Positions 47,200-55,741 of a stretch of 64,000 bases of DNA are shown piece by piece. Under the pieces are notes generated by a model, which saw only the letters and a program-made list of their open reading frames with translations, had not been told where the DNA came from and searched no databases. The position numbers and the translations under genes are program-made. Numbering within the stretch: position 1 is the stretch's first letter; each line of letters begins with the position of its first letter. This stretch comes from Myxococcaceae bacterium (lineage in GTDB: Bacteria > Myxococcota > Myxococcia > Myxococcales > Myxococcaceae). The DNA lies in NCBI GenBank assembly GCA_044223505.1, contig JBGALX010000012.1, positions 26,174 through 90,173 of the forward strand. The letters are read 5' to 3'.

Positions 47200-48675
47200 T
47201 CAGTCGTCCTTCAGCGTCAGCTTGTCGGCGTGCGTGTCGATCTGAAAGCCCTGCTGCCGCGCGACGCGCTCGGCGATCGCCGCGGGGTCGAGCTTCGTCT
47301 TCTCAGCGATGCGCTGCAGCAGCGAGGCCCACGGCACCCAGCGCGAGAACCCGTCGTTGCCCGGCTTGCCGCGCAAGGTCAGCTCGCGCAGGCACATGTC
47401 GACCGCGCGCGCGTACGTCTGCTCCTGCAAGAGCGCCGCGGTCTGACCGTTCAGGTCCAAGAAGCACGTCGCCACCGTGCGCACCGCGAGCGCCATCAGC
47501 GAGGTGCGCTGCATCTCTTCTTCGAGGTACTGGCGGTCGACCACCGCGACCGTCGTCTCCATCAGCGCCGTCACCGTCGCGAGGCGCGTCGTGTTGTTGA
47601 GAATCGCCGCCTCGCCGAACATCTCGCCCGGCCCCATCAGCCGCAGCATCTGCTTCTTGCCGGCCACCTCGCGGCTCGCCTGGCAGTGCCCGTCGAGGAT
47701 GATGTACGCGCAGTCGCCGACCTCGCCCTCGCGCACGACCACCTCGCCGGGCATGAACGTCTTCTCGGGCAGCCGCGCCGTGCCGCGAATGAAGTCTTCG
47801 AGGTCGGCCCGCAGCTCGCCGACGGTCTGGTACCGGTTCGCGGGCTTGTGCTCGAGCGCGCGCATCGCGATGGTGACGAGCCGCCTCGGCAGCTGCGTGC
47901 CCTGCGGCACCAGCAGCTCGGGCTGCGTGATGTTGCCCTGCTCGGCGAGCGCCAGCGTCTCTTCCGCCGTCCTCGCGACGTACGGCGGCCGGCCCACCAG
48001 AATGCGAAACAGCATGCCGCCGAGCAGGAAGATGTCGGTGCGCTCGTCGACGGCGTAGTTCTGCCCGCGCGCCTGCTCGGGCGCCATGTACGCCGGAGTT
48101 CCGATCGCTCCCTCGTTGTCGTCGGCCTGCGTCGGCAGGTCTTTCTTTCGCCGCGCGAGCCCCCAGTCGACCACGTAGATCTGCCCGTGCTCTGCGACCA
48201 TCACGTTCTGCGGCTTCAGGTCGCAGTGGTAGATGCCGCGCGAGTGCGCGAACGCCACGGCGTCGCACACGCGCACGAGCACCTCGAGCGCCTTGAACAT
48301 GCCCTCGGTCGTGTGGTTCGCCGGGTCGAGCAGCATCTCTTGCAGCGAGCGCCCCTCGAGCACCTTCATCGTGAAGCACGTCGAGCGCTTCTTGTCGGTC
48401 GCGAGCGCGTAGACCGGGGGGATGTTCGGGTGATCCAGCTGCGCCGTGATCTTCGCCTCGTCGATGAAGCGATCGAGCGCGTCGTCTTCTCTCAGCAGCT
48501 CGGGCCGCAGCACCTTCAGCGCGACCTCGCGCTCGAGCTCGTCGTCGCGCACGCGGTAGACGCGCGACATGCCGCCCGAGCCGAGCAGCCCGAGGTCGGC
48601 GACTTTCCAGCCCTGTGGAATCGGCTGGGTCAGCTGGTTGGGGTCGTCTGCCTTCTTCTTGCCGAGGCCGAACAT
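47200..48675 (-). CDS. Ser/Thr protein kinase fused to cyclic-nucleotide-binding domain
   Basis: Kinase motifs GSGGMSRVY, HCDLKPQN, DWGLA, APE. The cNMP-binding motif FGEAAIL...RLATV follows. Confidence 0.8.
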   Translation of the reverse strand: MFGLGKKKADDPNQLTQPIPQGWKVADLGLLGSGGMSRVYRVRDDELEREVALKVLRPELLREDDALDRFIDEAKITAQLDHPNIPPVYALATDKKRSTCFTMKVLEGRSLQEMLLDPANHTTEGMFKALEVLVRVCDAVAFAHSRGIYHCDLKPQNVMVAEHGQIYVVDWGLARRKKDLPTQADDNEGAIGTPAYMAPEQARGQNYAVDERTDIFLLGGMLFRILVGRPPYVARTAEETLALAEQGNITQPELLVPQGTQLPRRLVTIAMRALEHKPANRYQTVGELRADLEDFIRGTARLPEKTFMPGEVVVREGEVGDCAYIILDGHCQASREVAGKKQMLRLMGPGEMFGEAAILNNTTRLATVTALMETTVAVVDRQYLEEEMQRTSLMALAVRTVATCFLDLNGQTAALLQEQTYARAVDMCLRELTLRGKPGNDGFSRWVPWASLLQRIAEKTKLDPAAIAERVARQQGFQIDTHADKLTLKDD

Positions 48676-48703
48676 GCCCGACGGTGCCTATCATGCTGGC
48701 GAG

Positions 48704-49231
48704 ATGGGCGAGTCGATCGCGCTGCTCGCCGTGCTCCTCGCCGGGTCGCCGGCGGCGGTCGCCCTGCCCGACGAGATCACGCTGTTCCTCGACGAGCAGC
48801 GCGTCCTCTCGGCGCCTTGCCGCATCGGGCGCATCGCCGTCGGCGACTCGTCGGTCATCGACGTGAAGACGCTCGGCAACGACCGCCTGCTGCTGATCGG
48901 CGCCGCTCAGGGCAAGACGACGCTCTTGTTCTGGTGCTCGAACGGTCAGCGGCACTCGACCCTCGTGAAGGTGCTCGGCGAGCGGGCTCCGGCCTCGCCA
49001 CAGCCGGTGCCGGTGAAGACGTCACAGCGCGCCGCCACCGTCGTCGACCAGACCGGCGCCCACGACACCCAGGTCACCGTCGTCGAGATACCGCACGAGC
49101 TCAGCGAGGTGACCGAGGTCACGAGCAGCGGAGGCACGCTCACCTTCGTCGGCCGCGACGCCTCTGGCCGCAAGGTCACCGTCACCATCGCCGAGAGACC
49201 CACCAAGCCCGCGACCGACGGCGGGCGCTGA
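48704..49231 (+). CDS. Pilus-formation N-terminal domain (T2SS-T3SS_pil_N-like) protein
   Basis: RIGRIAVGDSSVIDVKTLGNDRLLLIGAAQGKTTLLFW resembles the N-domain of CpaC/RcpA secretins. Confidence 0.45.
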   Translation: MGESIALLAVLLAGSPAAVALPDEITLFLDEQRVLSAPCRIGRIAVGDSSVIDVKTLGNDRLLLIGAAQGKTTLLFWCSNGQRHSTLVKVLGERAPASPQPVPVKTSQRAATVVDQTGAHDTQVTVVEIPHELSEVTEVTSSGGTLTFVGRDASGRKVTVTIAERPTKPATDGGR

Positions 49232-49778
49232 GTCGCCCGTCGACCTTGCGTGCAACTTCAGGTGGGCCGCGGAGTCATGCGCGGCGGTGCCGAGCGAAAG
49301 GGTCGTACGCGACCTCGACTTCACGTGTGCGGCGTGCGGCGTCAGCCGTCGCGCCACCATCACCGCCGTCGGGCTCGGCCGCTCGCAGGAGCAGGCGGCC
49401 GGCAACGCAGCGCTCCGCGCCCGCGAGGTCGAGGTGTTCTTGCGGTGTCCCGCGTGCGGTACTGCTCGCTCGGGAAGAGGGTCGCGCACATCGTCAAGAC
49501 GCTGTGGGCGCCTTCTTCCTGCTCGCGGCGCCAGCGCAGACCCTCTATCGAGGTGAGCAGGACCTGGCGTTCCTCGGCCTGCTCACGGTCGCTGGCGGCG
49601 TGCGGGTCGCCACGAGCGTGAGGCGCGACCAACGCGATTGCGTCAGCGGGCACTGAGCCGTGCTGTTTCGACGTGGAGTCAGTGGGTGGGCAGCAGCTCT
49701 TGCTCGGGTGGGCCACGAGCTTCGGGCAGGGTAACGCGCCGCCCGAGGCTCGACGACACGCTCAGCGCCGCAGCGAAC

Positions 49779-52700
49779 CTACGGGCACCCCGTGCCGGTG
49801 CCCGAGCTCGGGTTGCCCTGAATGTTGGCGCCGTTCAGCGCGCACGTCGTGCGCGCGTTGAAGCGCACCCTCCCGCTCGCTCCACCGCCTCCTCCTCCGG
49901 CGTTGCCGCTGTTGCCGTTGCCGCCGATGCTGCCGACCGCGTTGCCCTGGCCGCCGTTGCCGCCGTTACCGCCATTGCCGCCGTTGCCACCATTGCCGCT
50001 GCCGGCGGGCGCGCCGTCGTTGCCGCTGCCGCCCGTCTGGCCCGTCTCGCCGCCCTCGCCGCCTCCGCCGCCGTTCGCCGCGATGCGCGTCGTCCCCGCC
50101 AGCACGATGCCGTCGCCCTCGAGCACCAGCCCGCCGCCGCTGCCGCCGCCACCACCGCCGCAGCGGTTGCCTCCTCCGCTGCCTCCGCCGCCCACCGCCG
50201 AGACCCGCCCGCTGAGGGTGAGCACACCGGCCGCCGAGATCTGCACCGCGCCGCCGCCTCCACCCGAGGCGCCGCCGACCCCCAGGTTGCTGCCCGTGCC
50301 GAGCCCGCCCACGCCGCCGGGGCAGCCGCCGCGCAGCGGGCTCATCGTCGACCCGCCGCTCGCCGACGAGACCCCGCCGCCCGTCGCTCCGCCCGTGCCG
50401 CTGCCGCCCTGGCCGCCCGGCTGGCCGAAGCCGCCGCCGCTCGCGCCGCCGCCGCCGCTGTTGCTCGAGCCCGGGACGCCGCCGTTCTTCCCATTGCCCC
50501 CCTGCATCGCGGCGCCGCACGCCGCGGAGCTACCGCCCGGCCCGGACGCCCCGAGGCGCGCGTCGGCGTCGACCACGGAGCCCGACGCGATGTCGACCGG
50601 TCCGTACACCAGCAGAATCGGCGGCCGCGCGCCGATGAAGTGCAGCGTCGTCGAGCCCGTCACGCTCAGCGCCGCCATGGGCAGCACCACCGCGTCGGGC
50701 GCTCCGCCGCTCTGCGTGAGGTTCAGCGCGACGAGGCCCGCCGGAGCGGACACGACGGCCGAGCAGCCGCCCGCGCCCGACCACGTCGGCTGCGCGGGCG
50801 TCGTGTCGATGGTGATGACGCCGCCGCACGAGAACGCGACCGGCCCCGCAATCGCCGTCACCGTCGTGGTCGTGTACGCGACCGTCAGGTTGCTCGGCGC
50901 GTACTTGAAGAGGGCTCCGCACGCGCCGCCCGCACACGTCTGGCCCGTGCCGCAGCCCGTGCCGTCGCCCGCCGCCGCGTACGAGCACGTGCCCGCGCTG
51001 CAGCTCCCGGGGCTCACCCGGCACGGCTGCGTCGTCGTGCACTCCGGGCTCGAGCAGCAGCCGCCCGCCGACACGCACGACGTGGGCCCGCTGCACGTGC
51101 GCTGCGGGGGCGTACAGGTGCAGGTGCCCGCGATGCAGGTCTGGCCCGCCACCGCGGCGCAGTCGGCGTCGCCACAGCACTCGCCGGGCGGGATGCACGC
51201 GTTTCGCGCCGTACAGAAGACGGTCGCGCCCGGGCACTGGCACGCGCTCGGCGTGCCGCCGTCGCAGTAGCGGCCGCCGTCGCCGCAGTCGGAGTCGGAG
51301 CAGCAGCCCGTCCCCGGCTGGCACGCGCCGTTGCACACGCGCGAGCCGGGCGCGCAGCCGCACGCGCCCGCGTCGCACACCTGCCCAGGCACGGCCGAGC
51401 AGTCGCCGTCGCCGCAGCAGAAGCCCGCCGGCACGCACGGCCCGCCCGGGCTGCAGCGCCTCGGCGTTGCGCCCCAGCATCCGCATGCGCCCGCGTCGCA
51501 GGCCTCGCCGGCGGCTGCGTCGCAGCTCGTGCTGTCGCAGCACTCGGCGGCCGCGATGCACGCGCTGCGCGCGAGGCAGACGTTCGGCGCGGACGGCGGG
51601 CAGGCGCACGCGTTGCCCGCGCCGCACACCTGGGTGCCCGACAGCATCGTGCACTCGCTCGACGCGCAGCAGGTGCCCGCGGCCGTCGAGATGCAGCCGC
51701 CGTCGCAGTCGCGCGTGCCGCCGGGGCAGGTGCAGGTGTCGGTCGCGAGGCTGCATGTCTGCGAGCTGCGGCACTCGGTCGAGCTGCAGCAGCCGCCATC
51801 GGCGATGCACCGCGTCGCGCACTGCCGCTCGCCGCTCGGGCACGCGCACGTGCCGTCGGGCAGGCACTGAATGCCCGCCACCGCCGGGCAGTCGGGCGGA
51901 GCGCTCGTGCAGCACGCGGTCGACGGTATGCAGGCCGAGCCGCCGTCGCACGAGCGCATGCCTCCGACGCACTGGCACGCCCCGTTCTGGCAGGTGCGGC
52001 CGCCGCTGCAGTCGCCGTCGACACAGCACGCCGAGTCGGCGATGCACCCGCCGCGGCACGGCTTGTAGCCGGCGCCGCAAGTGCAGGTGTTCGCCGCGCA
52101 CGTGCCGCCGTCGTTGCAGTCGGGGTCCGAGCAGCACCCCGTGCCGGCGCTGCACACGCCGTTGCACACCCGCATCATCGCGGGCGGGCACCGGCACGTG
52201 CCGCCCGCACACTCGACGCCCACCGGCGCGCCCCCGCAGTCGGCCGCCGTGCAGCAGGTGCCGGCGGGCACGCACACGCCGGCGCACAGCCGGGTGCCTG
52301 CACGGCAGGCGCAGGCGCCCGCGACGCACTCCTGGCCCGCGACGGTGCAGTCTGCATTCGTGCAGCACTGCGACGTGGGCACGCAGGCGCTCGCGCACGC
52401 GCGCGTACCGGGGGGGCAGCCGCAGGCCCCGCTGTCGCAGCGCTCGCCGTTCGAGCATTCGGCGTCGTCGCAGCACGCCGAGTTCGCGATGCACGCGCCG
52501 CGGCAGTCCTTCGTGCCCGAGGGGCAGGTGCACGAGGTGCCCTGGCACAGCCGCCCACCCGAGCACGTGAGGCCGGCGCACGCCTCGGTGTCGGCGCAGT
52601 CGACGCGGCCGTCGCAGTCGTTGTCGACGCCGTCGTCGCACCGCTCGTTGGCGCCCGAGCAGCCGAGCGTCACCTGTACGCGCTTGACCGTGCCGCGCAC

Positions 52701-53027
52701 GAAGCTCACCTGCAGGTCGGTGCCGTCGACCATCACCGTGAGCGGGTCGGCGCACCCGCCTGCGGCCGAGGTCATCGCCCGTGGCCTCAGCGCAACGTCG
52801 GCCGGCAGCGCGCCCTGCCCGATGCCCACCTCGTAGCGCGTCTTGCCTGCGGCGAAGGGCATCTTCGAGTCGGCCAGCACCGCCGCGCCGTCTCGCACCT
52901 CGAGCACCACGCAGGTGGGCGAGAGCGCGGGGTCGAGGTCGATGACGACGTTCAGGCCCGCGCCTCCGGGGCTCTTCGCACAGGCCGCCGCAGCCAGCGC
53001 GGCGAACGCGACTCGGACGGGCTTCAC
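49779..53027 (-). CDS. Giant lipoprotein with ~17 Myxococcus-type Cys-rich repeats (TIGR02232-like) and Gly-rich C-terminal region
   Basis: GTG start preceded by gaagggg. Lipobox AALAAAACAKS. Repeats of the form C.C..G...C...C.....CC...DC. A long (GGxGGxG)n tail. Confidence 0.65.
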   Translation of the reverse strand: MKPVRVAFAALAAAACAKSPGGAGLNVVIDLDPALSPTCVVLEVRDGAAVLADSKMPFAAGKTRYEVGIGQGALPADVALRPRAMTSAAGGCADPLTVMVDGTDLQVSFVRGTVKRVQVTLGCSGANERCDDGVDNDCDGRVDCADTEACAGLTCSGGRLCQGTSCTCPSGTKDCRGACIANSACCDDAECSNGERCDSGACGCPPGTRACASACVPTSQCCTNADCTVAGQECVAGACACRAGTRLCAGVCVPAGTCCTAADCGGAPVGVECAGGTCRCPPAMMRVCNGVCSAGTGCCSDPDCNDGGTCAANTCTCGAGYKPCRGGCIADSACCVDGDCSGGRTCQNGACQCVGGMRSCDGGSACIPSTACCTSAPPDCPAVAGIQCLPDGTCACPSGERQCATRCIADGGCCSSTECRSSQTCSLATDTCTCPGGTRDCDGGCISTAAGTCCASSECTMLSGTQVCGAGNACACPPSAPNVCLARSACIAAAECCDSTSCDAAAGEACDAGACGCWGATPRRCSPGGPCVPAGFCCGDGDCSAVPGQVCDAGACGCAPGSRVCNGACQPGTGCCSDSDCGDGGRYCDGGTPSACQCPGATVFCTARNACIPPGECCGDADCAAVAGQTCIAGTCTCTPPQRTCSGPTSCVSAGGCCSSPECTTTQPCRVSPGSCSAGTCSYAAAGDGTGCGTGQTCAGGACGALFKYAPSNLTVAYTTTTVTAIAGPVAFSCGGVITIDTTPAQPTWSGAGGCSAVVSAPAGLVALNLTQSGGAPDAVVLPMAALSVTGSTTLHFIGARPPILLVYGPVDIASGSVVDADARLGASGPGGSSAACGAAMQGGNGKNGGVPGSSNSGGGGASGGGFGQPGGQGGSGTGGATGGGVSSASGGSTMSPLRGGCPGGVGGLGTGSNLGVGGASGGGGGAVQISAAGVLTLSGRVSAVGGGGSGGGNRCGGGGGGSGGGLVLEGDGIVLAGTTRIAANGGGGGEGGETGQTGGSGNDGAPAGSGNGGNGGNGGNGGNGGQGNAVGSIGGNGNSGNAGGGGGGASGRVRFNARTTCALNGANIQGNPSSGTGTGCP

Positions 53028-53364
53028 GGGCGCACCCCTTCGAAGGGCCCTGAGGGGGCTGCACAGGCGGCGGCTGCAAGAAAATGGAGCGGGGTGCGGT
53101 TTGTTGCAGCCGGCGTGAACCGCCGGGCGGTCAGGGCGGCGTCGGCAGCGGCACCGAGAGCGAGTCGAGCTTGCGCAGGTTATCGCGGCGCGCAGGCGGC
53201 CAGCGCGACGACCGCGCCCCCTCCGCAGAGCTTCGGCGTCTGGGCGGTGCGGTTCACGGTCGGCGCGAGCTCGAGCGAAGCGGAGCACCACGCGCGGGTC
53301 AAGCCGGCGTTCCCTCCTCGTAACGCCGCAGGCGCGCGGCGAGCGCACCGATTAGGTCTACGGC

Positions 53365-54261
53365 GTGGCCTCCCGCTCGGTGCTCATCGCCATCGACATC
53401 GGCGGCACGAAGACGGCGCTGATGGCCGCCGACGCGCAGACGCACGAGCCGCTCGCGAGGGCGCGCTTCAAGACCGAGACGAAGGCGTCACCGGCGGCGA
53501 CGGCGAAGCGGCTCGAGGAGCACGCGCGGAAGTTGCTCGAGCGCGAAGGGCTTAGCCGCCGCAGAGTCCGCGCGGTGGGAGCGGCGGTGCCGGGGCAGGT
53601 CGACCCCCTGGGCAACATTCTGGTCGCGGGGAAGCTGGGCTGGCAGGACGCTCCGTTTCGGGAGCAGCTCGCGCAGGCGTTCGGAGTGCCGGCGTTCGTG
53701 GAGCACGACGCGAACTCGGCGGCGCTGGGCGAGCGGTGGAAGGGGCACACGACGAAGATCGACGACTTCGTGTTCCTCGCGCTGGGCACGGGTGTGGGCG
53801 CGGGCCTGTTCCTCGGCGGGCGGCTGCACCGCGGCCACCACCACGCGGCGGGCGAGGTGGGCAACATGCTGCTGGGCGGCAAGAGCCTGAGGAGGCCGCC
53901 GCGCGAGGGCGCGCTCGAGAAGCAGGTGGGCTCGCCGGCGATCAAAGAGCGGGCGGGCGCTCGGCACGACGTGCCGGCGAAAGAGGTGCTCGAAGACCCC
54001 GACGCGGCGAAGGTGGCCGAGCACGTGGCCGACGAGGTCGCGGCGGCGATCATCAACATCTGCTCGGTGGTGGACCCGCAGCTGGTGGTGCTGGGCGGAG
54101 GCACGGCGACCGACGCGCTGCTGACGCGCGTGCGCTACCGGGTGGGCGAAGAGCTGATGTGGAAGCCCGAGCTGCTGCGCTCGGCGCTCGGTGAAGAGGC
54201 CCAGCTCTACGGGGCGCTGTACGGCGCGCTCGGGATGGTGTCGCGAAGGGAGGCCGCGTGA
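53365..54261 (+). CDS. ROK family sugar kinase
   Basis: LIAIDIGGTKTAL. ROK signature around GLFLGGRLHRGHHHAAGEVGNM. Confidence 0.75.
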   Translation: MASRSVLIAIDIGGTKTALMAADAQTHEPLARARFKTETKASPAATAKRLEEHARKLLEREGLSRRRVRAVGAAVPGQVDPLGNILVAGKLGWQDAPFREQLAQAFGVPAFVEHDANSAALGERWKGHTTKIDDFVFLALGTGVGAGLFLGGRLHRGHHHAAGEVGNMLLGGKSLRRPPREGALEKQVGSPAIKERAGARHDVPAKEVLEDPDAAKVAEHVADEVAAAIINICSVVDPQLVVLGGGTATDALLTRVRYRVGEELMWKPELLRSALGEEAQLYGALYGALGMVSRREAA

Positions 54262-54989
54262 CCATTCGCGCGCTGGCGGTGGACTACGACGGCACGCTCG
54301 CGTGGCACGGCGAGGTCGACGAGCTGACGCTCGAGGCGCTGGTGCGGGCGAAGAACGCGGGCCTGAAGCTGATGATGGTGACGGGGCGCGAGGTGCACGA
54401 GCTCGTGCACGTGTTCCCGGGCCACGTGGTGTTCGACCTCATCGTGGGTGAGAACGGCGCGCTCTTGTACGAGCCGAAGCAGAAGTCGGTCGAGCTGCTG
54501 GCGCCGAAGCCGCCCGAGCGCTTCTTCGCGATGCTGCAGGCGCGGGGCGTGAAGCCGATCAGTCAGGGGCGGGTGGTGGTGGCGACCTGGGAGCCGCACC
54601 AGCACACGGTGCTGCGCACGATTCACGATCTCGGGCTCGAGCTGGACATCATCTTCAACAAGGGCGCCGTGATGGTGCTGCCGTCGGGCGTGAACAAGGC
54701 GACGGGGCTGGTGGCGGCGGCGAAGCGGCTGAGGCTCGAGCCGTCGCAGGTGGCGGGCGCGGGCGACGCCGAGAACGACCACTCGTTCGCGCAGGCGTGC
54801 GGCTACTTCGCGGCGGTGGCGAACGCGATTCCGAGCCTCAAAGAGCGCGCCGACTGGGTGACGCCGTCGGACCACGGGGCGGGCGTGGCCGAGCTGATCG
54901 AGCGGATCATGTCGGGGGCGCTCGACGGCCTCAGTCCCAGATCAGCTCCAGAACCGTCCATGGATCTTCCGCCCACGAGCGGGTCGTGA
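54258..54989 (+). CDS. HAD-IIB family hydrolase (sugar-phosphate phosphatase)
   Basis: Motif I LAVDYDGTL, plus GAGDAENDHSF. GTGA overlap with the ROK gene. Confidence 0.7.
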   Translation: MTIRALAVDYDGTLAWHGEVDELTLEALVRAKNAGLKLMMVTGREVHELVHVFPGHVVFDLIVGENGALLYEPKQKSVELLAPKPPERFFAMLQARGVKPISQGRVVVATWEPHQHTVLRTIHDLGLELDIIFNKGAVMVLPSGVNKATGLVAAAKRLRLEPSQVAGAGDAENDHSFAQACGYFAAVANAIPSLKERADWVTPSDHGAGVAELIERIMSGALDGLSPRSAPEPSMDLPPTSGS

Positions 54990-55482
54990 ACTTCGCCTCG
55001 ACGTTCTTCGCGCCCGACAGCTCGAGCAGCCGAATGAAGAAGCCCATCGTCTGAAACGACGCGGCCTCTTCGGCGACCGGGCCCATCTGGTAGGCGATGC
55101 GCAGCTGCGAGTCGGTGTCCGAGACGCCCATGACCTCGAGCGCGGGGAAGTCGAAGAAGCTCTGCCGCAGCACCTGAAAGCGCATGATGCTCTCGCGCGG
55201 GTCGCCCTTCGCGAGCAGCGCCGGGTGCGTCTCGGCGAGCCAGTCGACGGACATCGCGCCGAACGCCTTCACGGTCTCGAGCTCGCCCTGCGCGATGATC
55301 TCGAGGATCGCGAGGCCCATGCGCTCGAACGTCGACATCGGGTACCACGCGTCGTTCTGAATGCGCGAGGTCAGGTACGGCAGGTCTTGCGGGCCGAAGT
55401 ACTTCGCCCAGTCGACGTCCTTACGCGCCTTCAGCATGCGCACGTAGTCGACGAACAGCGTGCCCATGACGTTGCGACTCAA
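54931..55482 (-). CDS. Hypothetical protein
   Basis: 183-aa ORF with gene-like composition. Its 3' end overlaps the HAD gene 3' end by 59 bp. Confidence 0.4.
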   Translation of the reverse strand: MSRNVMGTLFVDYVRMLKARKDVDWAKYFGPQDLPYLTSRIQNDAWYPMSTFERMGLAILEIIAQGELETVKAFGAMSVDWLAETHPALLAKGDPRESIMRFQVLRQSFFDFPALEVMGVSDTDSQLRIAYQMGPVAEEAASFQTMGFFIRLLELSGAKNVEAKFTTRSWAEDPWTVLELIWD

Positions 55483-55741
55483 TTGGTACCGGCGCCGAGT
55501 CTACCTTTCCTGGCTCCTGCAGAGGGCCCGGCTTCCACCGCCTCTCGAGGGCGTGTGTGGGTCTGAGACCCACGACTCGATCGAGAGAAGGAGGCGGCGG
55601 CGAACGCCCCTCATTGCATTCGCCACCGCCAGGCACTTCCGTCTCTCTCGACGTGGCGGGGGTTGAGCAAGGGCGGTGCCCACTGTGGGTCTCGTGGATC
55701 CGAGGCCTTCAAGGGCGGCGCCGGCGCATGTCACGTGACCT

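Noticed and set aside
47104-49656. 850-aa ORF on + strand antisense to the cNMP-kinase gene
   Set aside because: Arg-rich artefact. Only its extreme C-terminal hydrophobic segment is interesting, and that is noted separately.
49638-53555. 1305-aa Ala/Arg ORF antisense to the Cys-rich repeat lipoprotein
   Set aside because: Mirror of GC-rich Cys/Gly codons, with no structure or motifs.
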